A stretch of 64,000 nucleotides of DNA from an uncultured beta proteobacterium (GTDB lineage: Bacteria > Pseudomonadota > Gammaproteobacteria > Burkholderiales > Burkholderiaceae_C): assembly GCA_903830985.1 (NCBI GenBank), contig CAIKVZ010000293.1:3785-67784 (forward strand), written 5' to 3'. Below, piece by piece: positions 20,174 to 27,361 of this stretch. The notes under the pieces are model-generated. The model saw nothing but the letters and a program-made list of their open reading frames with translations, was not told the origin of the DNA and did no database searches. A program made the translations under genes and the position numbers. The number at the start of each line of letters is the position of its first letter. Positions within the stretch are counted from its first letter, which is position 1.

Positions 20174-20686
20174 ATGCGACTCAGCATTCTCCCTGGACTG
20201 CTATGCCTGGCGGCGGCGGTAGCAGCCCTGGCGCAAACCGCCACGCCCAGCGCCGAGCAGATGGTCGAGCAGTTGCGCGCGGCGCCGCTGACCCGCAACC
20301 TCGCGGTGCAGGCGGTGGCCGGGTTGGCCGCAGCCGCACCGGCCAACCGCCCTTCGCTGTCGCTGCTGATCCAGTTCGACTTCGATTCGGCGCGCATCCG
20401 CAGCGAGAGCCAGGGCGCGTTGATGACGCTGGCGCAGGCCTTGCAGTCGCCTGAACTTCGCACCGTGCGCTTCGCTGTGGAAGGTCACACCGACGCCAAA
20501 GGCAGGGCCGACCACAACCAGCGCCTGAGCCAGCAGCGCGCTGAGGCGGTGCGCCAATTTCTCGGCGCCCAGGGCGTGGACGACACTCGCCTGCTGGCCG
20601 CAGGCATGGGATCGAGTCAACTGGCTGTCACCGGCCAGCCATACTCGGCCCTGAACCGGCGCGTGCGCATCGTCAATCTGCAGTAG
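20174..20686 (+). CDS. OmpA_C-like peptidoglycan-binding protein (short, no beta-barrel)
   Basis: 170-aa ORF with signal LCLAAAVAALA-QT. OmpA_C blocks FDFDSARIRSES, VEGHTDAKGRADHNQRLSQQRAEAV, NRRVRIV. Confidence 0.85.
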   Translation: MRLSILPGLLCLAAAVAALAQTATPSAEQMVEQLRAAPLTRNLAVQAVAGLAAAAPANRPSLSLLIQFDFDSARIRSESQGALMTLAQALQSPELRTVRFAVEGHTDAKGRADHNQRLSQQRAEAVRQFLGAQGVDDTRLLAAGMGSSQLAVTGQPYSALNRRVRIVNLQ

Positions 20687-20718
20687 CCGCGCGGCCCATT
20701 CCCGGCCCTTTTGAATGG

Positions 20719-22638
20719 ATGCATCACAGCATGACCCACCGCCATCAGTTGCACCGCAAACACTCGCCCCTCACCGTGGCAACAGCGCTGCTGTGCGCGT
20801 CCCTTGCGCTGCCAGGTCAGGCACAACCCGCAGCAACGGCCAAGGCGCCGCCAGGCGAGCGCAACCTGCAGGTGCAGGCGACAGCGCCTGTCGCCATCAA
20901 CAATGCGCAGCGCTTCGCCCTGGTGATCGGCAATTCGGATTACAGGGACGCCCCCTTGAGCAACCCGGTGAACGACGCGCGCGCCATCGCGGCAGCACTC
21001 AAGGAATCCGGATTTACCGTGATGTCGCGCGAAAACACCGACCAGCGCGGCATGCTGGCGGCGCTGCGTGAATTCGGCGACCACCTGCGCGCCGGTGGCA
21101 CCGGGCTGTTCTATTACGCCGGGCACGGCATGCAGATCAAGGGACGCAACTACCTGATCCCGGTGGGTGCGAACATCGAGCGCGAAGACGAAGTGGCCTA
21201 CAGCGCCGTCGACGCGCAGGCCGTGCTCGACAAGATGGAGGCGGCAGGCAACGTGGCCAACATCATGATCCTGGACGCCTGCCGCAACAACCCGTTCACG
21301 CGCAGCATGCGCTCCGGCCAGGCCGGCCTGGCGCAAATGGACGCGCCCGTGGGTACGCTCGTGGCCTACGCCACCTCGCCCGGCGCGGTGGCCAGCGACG
21401 GCGCCGGCGCCAATGGCCTGTACACGCAGCACCTGCTGACTGCCATCCGTGAGCCCGGCAACAAGGTGGAGGACGTGTTCAAGCAGGTGCGCGCCAATGT
21501 GCGGCGCGACTCGGCGGGCAAGCAAGTGCCCTGGGAATCCACTTCGCTGGAAGGCGACTTCTACTTCAAGCTAAGGCCCGCAACCGTGGCCCCGGTCGCA
21601 GTGGACCCGGCGCTGGCGCTGGAGTCCGCGCTGTGGGACGCGGTCAAGGACAGCAGCCTGCCGATCGAAGTTCGCGCCTATTTGAACCGCTACCCGAAGG
21701 GGCGTTTTGCAGAACAGGCGCAGGAGCGTTTGAAGCAACTCCAAGTGGCAGCCACGACCGCGACCGGCGCCGCAGTCCCGTTGGCAACAGACCAGGCCAA
21801 GGCCGAGGCCGCACGCAAGGCCAGTGCCGAACTCGCCAAAGCCGAGGCAATGCAGTTGGAGCAACGGACCAGGGCACAAGCCCAATTGGTGGTTGCGGCC
21901 GAGGTGGCACGGGCCAGGGACCAGGCAGCTGCCAGACAACGCAAGGACGAACAGTTGACCAGCCTGGCCAAGCCTGCGACGCCGCAAGTCGCAACAGCCG
22001 CGGCGCCGGTCAAACTCAGCCGGCCCCTGGCAGCCAGCAACAAGAATGGCTTCACCGTGGGAGACCGCTGGCGTTATCAGGTGGTAGACAAATTCAAGAA
22101 GGAAGTCGTGCGCAACTGGAGCCGCAAGGTCGACGCCGTCAACAGCGATGGCAGCCTGAAACTGAACGGGGGCACAGTGGATTGGGCGAGTGACGGTTCG
22201 ACCAAGGCAGCGCGTGGCGACGGGGGGTTCTTGCGCGAGTACTCGCCTGCAATGCCTTCGCAGCCGAGCAGTTTGAAGATCGGCTTCTCTGAACCAGTGA
22301 AGCTGACTTTGGCGTACCGCAACGCTGATGGCGTCAGCGGCACAGAGGAACTCGAGGGCACGATCACCGTGCTTGCCAAGGAAACGATCAAGGTGCCCGC
22401 AGGCGAATTTGAAACACTGAAAATCGAGTTATCTGTCACCACCAACGGCAAGAATTCAAGCTCTGGCACAGGCTACTACCAGAGAACCAAACAGGCCGCC
22501 TGGTACGTTCCCGCGCTGCGTAATTATGTCGCGTTGGAAGTCGAGGTGCGCAACCGAACCGGTCAGTTGCTGACTTTTGAGCGCAACGAGCTCACCAGCT
22601 TCTCGGTGCATGGCGCCGAACTGCTGGCGCAGCACTGA
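20719..22638 (+). CDS. Exported caspase-fold (peptidase C14) protein D, paralog of A with the same architecture
   Basis: 639-aa ORF with signal TVATALLCASLALPGQA-QP. C14 blocks FALVIGNSDYRDAPLSNPVNDA, FYYAGHG (His136), IMILDACRNNPF (Cys188). The start could be a few codons downstream (MTHRHQ). Confidence 0.85.
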   Translation: MHHSMTHRHQLHRKHSPLTVATALLCASLALPGQAQPAATAKAPPGERNLQVQATAPVAINNAQRFALVIGNSDYRDAPLSNPVNDARAIAAALKESGFTVMSRENTDQRGMLAALREFGDHLRAGGTGLFYYAGHGMQIKGRNYLIPVGANIEREDEVAYSAVDAQAVLDKMEAAGNVANIMILDACRNNPFTRSMRSGQAGLAQMDAPVGTLVAYATSPGAVASDGAGANGLYTQHLLTAIREPGNKVEDVFKQVRANVRRDSAGKQVPWESTSLEGDFYFKLRPATVAPVAVDPALALESALWDAVKDSSLPIEVRAYLNRYPKGRFAEQAQERLKQLQVAATTATGAAVPLATDQAKAEAARKASAELAKAEAMQLEQRTRAQAQLVVAAEVARARDQAAARQRKDEQLTSLAKPATPQVATAAAPVKLSRPLAASNKNGFTVGDRWRYQVVDKFKKEVVRNWSRKVDAVNSDGSLKLNGGTVDWASDGSTKAARGDGGFLREYSPAMPSQPSSLKIGFSEPVKLTLAYRNADGVSGTEELEGTITVLAKETIKVPAGEFETLKIELSVTTNGKNSSSGTGYYQRTKQAAWYVPALRNYVALEVEVRNRTGQLLTFERNELTSFSVHGAELLAQH

Positions 22639-22649
22639 GTCCCCGACAC

Positions 22650-24314
22650 ATGCAGTGGTGGCAATCTTTCACACGCCCCAGCGGCGCCTGGTCCACGGCG
22701 CGTGTCACCTGGGGCCTGGCCATGGCATTTTGCCTGTGGGCCGTGCTCGACCTGATGCTGCTGCAAGTCTCGGGAGGCCTGGGCAGCTCCACTTATGACA
22801 CCATGGTGCGCGCGCGCTTTTATGCCGCGCCGTCCGATCCGAGACTGGTGATTATCGACATCGACGAAGCCTCTCTGCTGCGCATGGCGCCGGAATTCGG
22901 CCGCTGGCCCTGGCCGCGCGACACCCTGGCCACGGTGCTCGACCATGTGGAAAAACAGCAGCCCCAGGCCATCATCTGGGATGTCCTGTTCAGCGACGCC
23001 GACCGCCTTTCGCCGGGAGGCGACCGCGCTTTTGACGAAGCCGCACGGCGCAGTGTGCACAGCCATTTTTCCGTGGTGCGCCTGCCCCAGGAATACGACG
23101 CACAAAGCCGGGTGACGCAGTCCACGCTGCCCAGCCTGTGGGACAGCGTGCCGGTCACGCCGGGAACCAGACCGTCCACGGTGGCGCTGATCGCACCGGT
23201 CCTGCCGGCAGTGGCCGCATCCCGATTGGGCTACAACAACGGCTATCCCGACGCCGACGGCGTGCTGCGCCGCTACCGTCTGGCGCAGACCCTGGCCGAC
23301 GGCAGCAGGATTCAGTCGCTGGCCCTGAGCGTGGCGCGCAGCCTGACGCCTGCCATTAGCCCCCCTGACGAACCGGCCAACGCGCTGATCCTGTGGCGCG
23401 CGCGCGCGAACCAGTACCCGCGTGTGCCTTTTGCCGACGTCTTTGCCGCCGCCGAGGGTGGCGTCCCTGGGCGCCCCCTGCCCAGCTTTGCCGGCAAGAT
23501 CGTGCTCATTGGCGCCACCGCGTCGAGCCTGCACGACATCCACCCCACGCCCTTGGTGGCGCAACAGGCCGGTGTCGACAGTCTGGCCACGGTCATCGAC
23601 AACGCCGTGAACCAGCGCCGCCTCATCGAACTGCCGCGCTGGCTTCAGGCCTTGCTGGCCATGGCACTGTGCCTGGGCATGGCGGCCTGGTCGCAACGCC
23701 AAGGGCTGGGTTCGCTCGACCCGGCCCTGTTCCTGCTGCCCGGAACGCTGCTGGGCGTGAGCTACCTGTCGCTCAATGCCGAGTGGTTTTGGCACAGCCC
23801 GGTCTTCCTCGACCTGCACCTGCCGGCTGGCATGGCTCTGCTCTACATGGCCTTGCTGCGCGGCTGGAACGGCCGGCACCGTGACCATTGGTGCGGCGAC
23901 GTCCCCGCCTGCGACGAAGTCCGGGGCGTGATGGCATTGGCATTGGAGCGTTCGGCCACCGGCATCGTGCTGGACGCTCTGCTGTTGGCCCTGCACCGGC
24001 ATGCGCCGCAATGTCGCTTGCTCGGGGGCGACGCCAGTGCCACCTGGCCGGCCCAAATGCGCTGGCCCGAGTTGCACCAGACCGTGGCCGTGGCCGGGCC
24101 GATGTCGCAGCTCCTTACCCTGCGTCAGGCCTTGCAGACCGCGCCGGACAGCGCGCGGCAATTGGGGCCCGTGGCGTGTGCGTTGCCGCTGCCCGTGCCG
24201 ACCCCTACCAGCCGCAGCGAATGGGCGCAGCACGCCCGCATCGCCTGCGCCCAACGCCCTTTCACAAGCCCACAGTCCAACCACGAAAGCCCGCATGTCG
24301 ACATCACCCTTTAA
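22650..24314 (+). CDS. CHASE2-domain membrane receptor with an about 150-aa cytoplasmic tail of no recognisable family
   Basis: 554-aa ORF with an N-terminal TM (WGLAMAFCLWAVLDLMLLQV). CHASE2 hallmark LVIIDIDEASLLRMAPEFGRWPWPRDTLATVLDHV...IIWDVLFSD. Three TM segments at about aa 331-405, then an orphan tail. Confidence 0.8.
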   Translation: MQWWQSFTRPSGAWSTARVTWGLAMAFCLWAVLDLMLLQVSGGLGSSTYDTMVRARFYAAPSDPRLVIIDIDEASLLRMAPEFGRWPWPRDTLATVLDHVEKQQPQAIIWDVLFSDADRLSPGGDRAFDEAARRSVHSHFSVVRLPQEYDAQSRVTQSTLPSLWDSVPVTPGTRPSTVALIAPVLPAVAASRLGYNNGYPDADGVLRRYRLAQTLADGSRIQSLALSVARSLTPAISPPDEPANALILWRARANQYPRVPFADVFAAAEGGVPGRPLPSFAGKIVLIGATASSLHDIHPTPLVAQQAGVDSLATVIDNAVNQRRLIELPRWLQALLAMALCLGMAAWSQRQGLGSLDPALFLLPGTLLGVSYLSLNAEWFWHSPVFLDLHLPAGMALLYMALLRGWNGRHRDHWCGDVPACDEVRGVMALALERSATGIVLDALLLALHRHAPQCRLLGGDASATWPAQMRWPELHQTVAVAGPMSQLLTLRQALQTAPDSARQLGPVACALPLPVPTPTSRSEWAQHARIACAQRPFTSPQSNHESPHVDITL

Positions 24315-26184
24315 ACCGCGCCTGGGCGCCATTGTGCTGGCAATGGCCGGCTTGCTCACGGCCGGAACCGCCGCTGCTCAGACCACAGCCACCTCACGCG
24401 CCACCGAACTGCGCGCCGACAAACTGGCCAGCGCGCCGATACTCGCGCCCCTGAGCGCGGGCGCCAGCCTGCGCCTGATCAGTCTGGAAGGCGGCTGGGC
24501 CTATGTGGAGCAGACCCTGCCTGCGGGGAGACAGGTGGGCTGGGTCCGTGCTTCGGCGCTGAACCTGCAGGCTGGCACCTCACTGGTTTCCAGCCAGGAC
24601 ACCGGACGCCAGGCCACGGGTGGTGGCGTCAACGCCGCCCTGACCCTGGGCGTGCGAAGCCTGCCGCCGCGGGTGAACCGGCATGCGTTGATCATCGGCA
24701 TCAGCCGTTACGCCGATCCGGCCACGCCACAGCTGCCGGGTGCGCGCATCGACAAGCAGTCGGCCACGCAGATGGCGCAAGCGATGCAGGTGCCAATGAG
24801 CAATATCCGCTATCTGCAGGACGAGCAGGCTACGGGCAAGGGAATCCGCCAGGCTCTGCAGGAGCTCAACGACCAGGTACAGGACGGGGACCGCGTGTTT
24901 ATTCATTTCTCGGGGCACGGCACGCGCTACAACGACCCGGCCGCTGGCGGCTGTGTCGAAGCCCTGCTGGCTTACGACGGCGGACAAAGCGGCGTCATCA
25001 CGAACCATGAAATGGCCGACCTGCTCAAGGGCATCACCAACAAGACCGACAAGCTGTTCGTCATGTACGACGCCTGCCATTCGGGCGGCGTGGTACAGGC
25101 CGCCAGCGCGGTGCGCACGCGCGGCCTGCTCAACAGCGACGACGAGGGCCTGCTGCGCCCCAAGTTCGCGGGCATTTCGCAAGAGTGCGGCCGTCCCGTC
25201 AACATCAAGTCACGCAATCTGGTGGTGGAAACGGCGGCTCAGGGCGCCCTGCCGCAAGACATCATCCACGTCAGCGCGTCGCGCGATAACGAGATCAGCT
25301 TTGACGATGAACTCAAGGGCGGACTGGCCACGCAGTTCATGCGCGACTGCATGCTGCGCGACGCGGTCGACCTGGACAACTCGGGCTCCATCAGCATGGA
25401 AGAGATCCGCCAGTGCGCCCAGGAGAAGATCAACAAGCGCATGGCGCACGACGTGAACTTCAAGCCGCACAACCTGGTGCTCAACGGCAACGCGGCCTTC
25501 GTTCCGTCCTGGTTCGGCCTGGCCAGCACCGCACCGGTGAGCGCCATCGCGGCGACGCTCCCGCCCACGGGGCAAGCTGCAACCAACACCGTGCAGCCTG
25601 CGCCCGTGGTGGCGGCACCGGTTACAACAGCGCCAGCGGTCGCGGCACCGCTCAGCGGCGCGCAGGCTTTGCAGCAGCTGTTCGAACAGCGCGACGCCAA
25701 GCGCCGTGTGCAACTCACCACAGCCAAGGACAAACTCAAGATCGGTCAGGACGCACTCGACCTGGCGGTGCAATCGGACCGCGCCGGCTACGTGTACGTG
25801 GCGCTGGCAGGATCGGACAACAAGTCGGTCTACCTGCTGTTCCCCAACGACCTGGACGCCAACAACCGGATCGAGGCGAACCAGCAACTGCTGCTGCCGC
25901 GACCGGCCTGGCGCGTCAAGGCCGCAGGACCGGTGGGTAAAGACCAACTGCTGGTGCTGGTTGCCGACGGCCCGCGCGACCTGCACGCGCTGGCCGCAGC
26001 CAAGGCCGGTCCCTTCGTCACCTCGCTGAACGACGCCCAGGGACGGGCCCAGTTGGGTGCCCTGCTGACGCGCTCCGCAACGGCGAATGGCGACAGCTGC
26101 AGCAGCCCCGCCGCGCGAAAGAAGAACCCGCAATGCTCCGACGCCTATGGCGCGGCCATGTTGACAGTAGAGGAGACAAAATGA
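24295..26184 (+). CDS. Exported SH3-like + metacaspase-like (C14) + EF-hand loop + DUF4384-like protein F
   Basis: In-frame part of track ORF 24001..26184. The ATG at 24295 gives MSTSPFKPRLGAIVLAMAGLLTAGTAAA-QT. Further blocks: SH3_3-like LRLISLEGGWAYVEQ...VGWVRASAL, IHFSGHG (His208), VMYDACHSGG (Cys261), DLDNSGSISMEE, and DUF4384-like GYVYVALAGSDNKSVYLLFPND. Overlaps the CHASE2 gene by 20 nt. Confidence 0.8.
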   Translation: MSTSPFKPRLGAIVLAMAGLLTAGTAAAQTTATSRATELRADKLASAPILAPLSAGASLRLISLEGGWAYVEQTLPAGRQVGWVRASALNLQAGTSLVSSQDTGRQATGGGVNAALTLGVRSLPPRVNRHALIIGISRYADPATPQLPGARIDKQSATQMAQAMQVPMSNIRYLQDEQATGKGIRQALQELNDQVQDGDRVFIHFSGHGTRYNDPAAGGCVEALLAYDGGQSGVITNHEMADLLKGITNKTDKLFVMYDACHSGGVVQAASAVRTRGLLNSDDEGLLRPKFAGISQECGRPVNIKSRNLVVETAAQGALPQDIIHVSASRDNEISFDDELKGGLATQFMRDCMLRDAVDLDNSGSISMEEIRQCAQEKINKRMAHDVNFKPHNLVLNGNAAFVPSWFGLASTAPVSAIAATLPPTGQAATNTVQPAPVVAAPVTTAPAVAAPLSGAQALQQLFEQRDAKRRVQLTTAKDKLKIGQDALDLAVQSDRAGYVYVALAGSDNKSVYLLFPNDLDANNRIEANQQLLLPRPAWRVKAAGPVGKDQLLVLVADGPRDLHALAAAKAGPFVTSLNDAQGRAQLGALLTRSATANGDSCSSPAARKKNPQCSDAYGAAMLTVEETK

Positions 26185-26663
26185 TTACGCATCGCACAAT
26201 TTTCTTTGGTTCACTCATCGGCCTGCTTACCTTATCGGCGCAGGCACAGGGCGGCCGCGGCCTGGCGGAAAACTGGCTGATCAGCCCGGCCGAGGCGCTG
26301 CAGTATCAGGGCGAGGAAGCGTTCAACGAGCCGCCGGCCCTGCGGCCCCGCGCGGTCATGCCGGTCATCGACATCCTGCGGCCCGAACCCGTGCCCGACC
26401 TGAAGGTGAAGGCGCCCTTCGCCATCGCCGTGCAGTTCCGGGCCCAGTCCGACGCAGCCATTGACCCGGCCAGCTTCAAGGTGTTTTACGGCGCCTTCAA
26501 ACTCGATATCACCGGTCGCATCACGACGCACGTGAAGGTCTCAGCCGATGGATTCACGCTGGACAACGCCCGCATCCCCGTGGGCAAACACCGTCTGACC
26601 TTGCACATCGAGGACGAAAAACAACGCGTCGCCGAGCGCGAGTTGCGCGTGGAAGTGGAGTGA
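26181..26663 (+). CDS. Small secreted protein, function unknown (last gene of the caspase operon)
   Basis: In-frame part of track ORF 26133..26663. ATG at 26181 overlaps the upstream stop (ATGA). Signal FFGSLIGLLTLSAQA-QG. The mature part is beta-strand-like (KVKAPFAIAVQF, FKLDITGRITTHVKV, HRLTLHIED). Confidence 0.65.
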   Translation: MITHRTIFFGSLIGLLTLSAQAQGGRGLAENWLISPAEALQYQGEEAFNEPPALRPRAVMPVIDILRPEPVPDLKVKAPFAIAVQFRAQSDAAIDPASFKVFYGAFKLDITGRITTHVKVSADGFTLDNARIPVGKHRLTLHIEDEKQRVAERELRVEVE

Positions 26664-26709
26664 GTCGCAGCCGACTGGGTGCCTTGGCTCAAAAGGCTGT
26701 GCGTCTGTC

Positions 26710-27261
26710 CTACCTGGCAAGTCGGGCAAAGGTCTTGCGGAACTTCGCCACCTTGGGTCCGGCCACGGCCATGCAATAACCCTGGTTCGGGTTTTTCGCG
26801 AAGAAGTCCTGGTGGTAGTCCTCGGCCGCGAAGTAGTGCGCCAGCGGCAGCACCTCGGTCACGATGGGGCGGGTGCTGGCCGGGTCGCCTTGCAATTCGG
26901 CGATCACTGCGCGCGCCACCGCCTCCTGCTCGGGCGTCGAGAAGTAAATGCCGCTACGGTACTGCGTTCCCGCGTCGTTGCCCTGGCGGTTCAGCGTCGT
27001 CGGGTCGTGGATCAGAAAGAAGATCTCCAGGATTTCGCGCAGGCTGATCTGTGCCGGGTCAAAGCGCAGCTGCACCACCTCGTTGCAACCGGTGCGGCCC
27101 GTGCAGACCTGCTCGTAGCTCGGCGCCGTGCCCTGGCCATTGCAGTAGCCGCTTTGCACGTCGTCCACGCCCTTGACGCCGACGAACACGGCATCAAGGC
27201 ACCAGAAGCAGCCTCCGCCGAGCGTGATGGTTTCCAGATTGGTGGTCATGGTGACGTCCAA
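26710..27261 (-). CDS. msrA: Peptide-methionine (S)-S-oxide reductase
   Basis: 183-aa ORF with active-site block TLGGGCFWCLDAVF and the later block YHQDFFAKNP. The start may be the second Met (MTTNLE). Confidence 0.9.
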   Translation of the reverse strand: MDVTMTTNLETITLGGGCFWCLDAVFVGVKGVDDVQSGYCNGQGTAPSYEQVCTGRTGCNEVVQLRFDPAQISLREILEIFFLIHDPTTLNRQGNDAGTQYRSGIYFSTPEQEAVARAVIAELQGDPASTRPIVTEVLPLAHYFAAEDYHQDFFAKNPNQGYCMAVAGPKVAKFRKTFARLAR

Positions 27262-27361
27262 AAATTGAAGGAGACGGCATTGTCGGGGCGATGGCGGATT
27301 CGCGTTGAAACTTCAGCAATCCCTGCGTTGCCATAACGGCCATGGGATACTGGCCACCGCC

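Noticed and set aside
22563-24359. 598-aa minus-strand ORF across the CHASE2 gene
   Set aside because: The opposite strand carries the CHASE2 hallmark GRWPWPR and a coherent TM topology. This frame is Arg/Gly/Ala/Gln-rich without motifs.
17677-26663. Caspase operon as a gasdermin-type, CBASS-type or other abortive-infection defence island, or as a mobile genomic island
   Set aside because: No gasdermin-like, cyclase, NTPase, nuclease or toxin gene is present, all products are exported, and I saw no integrase, transposase, tRNA or flanking direct repeats. I therefore kept it as an envelope system of unknown role.
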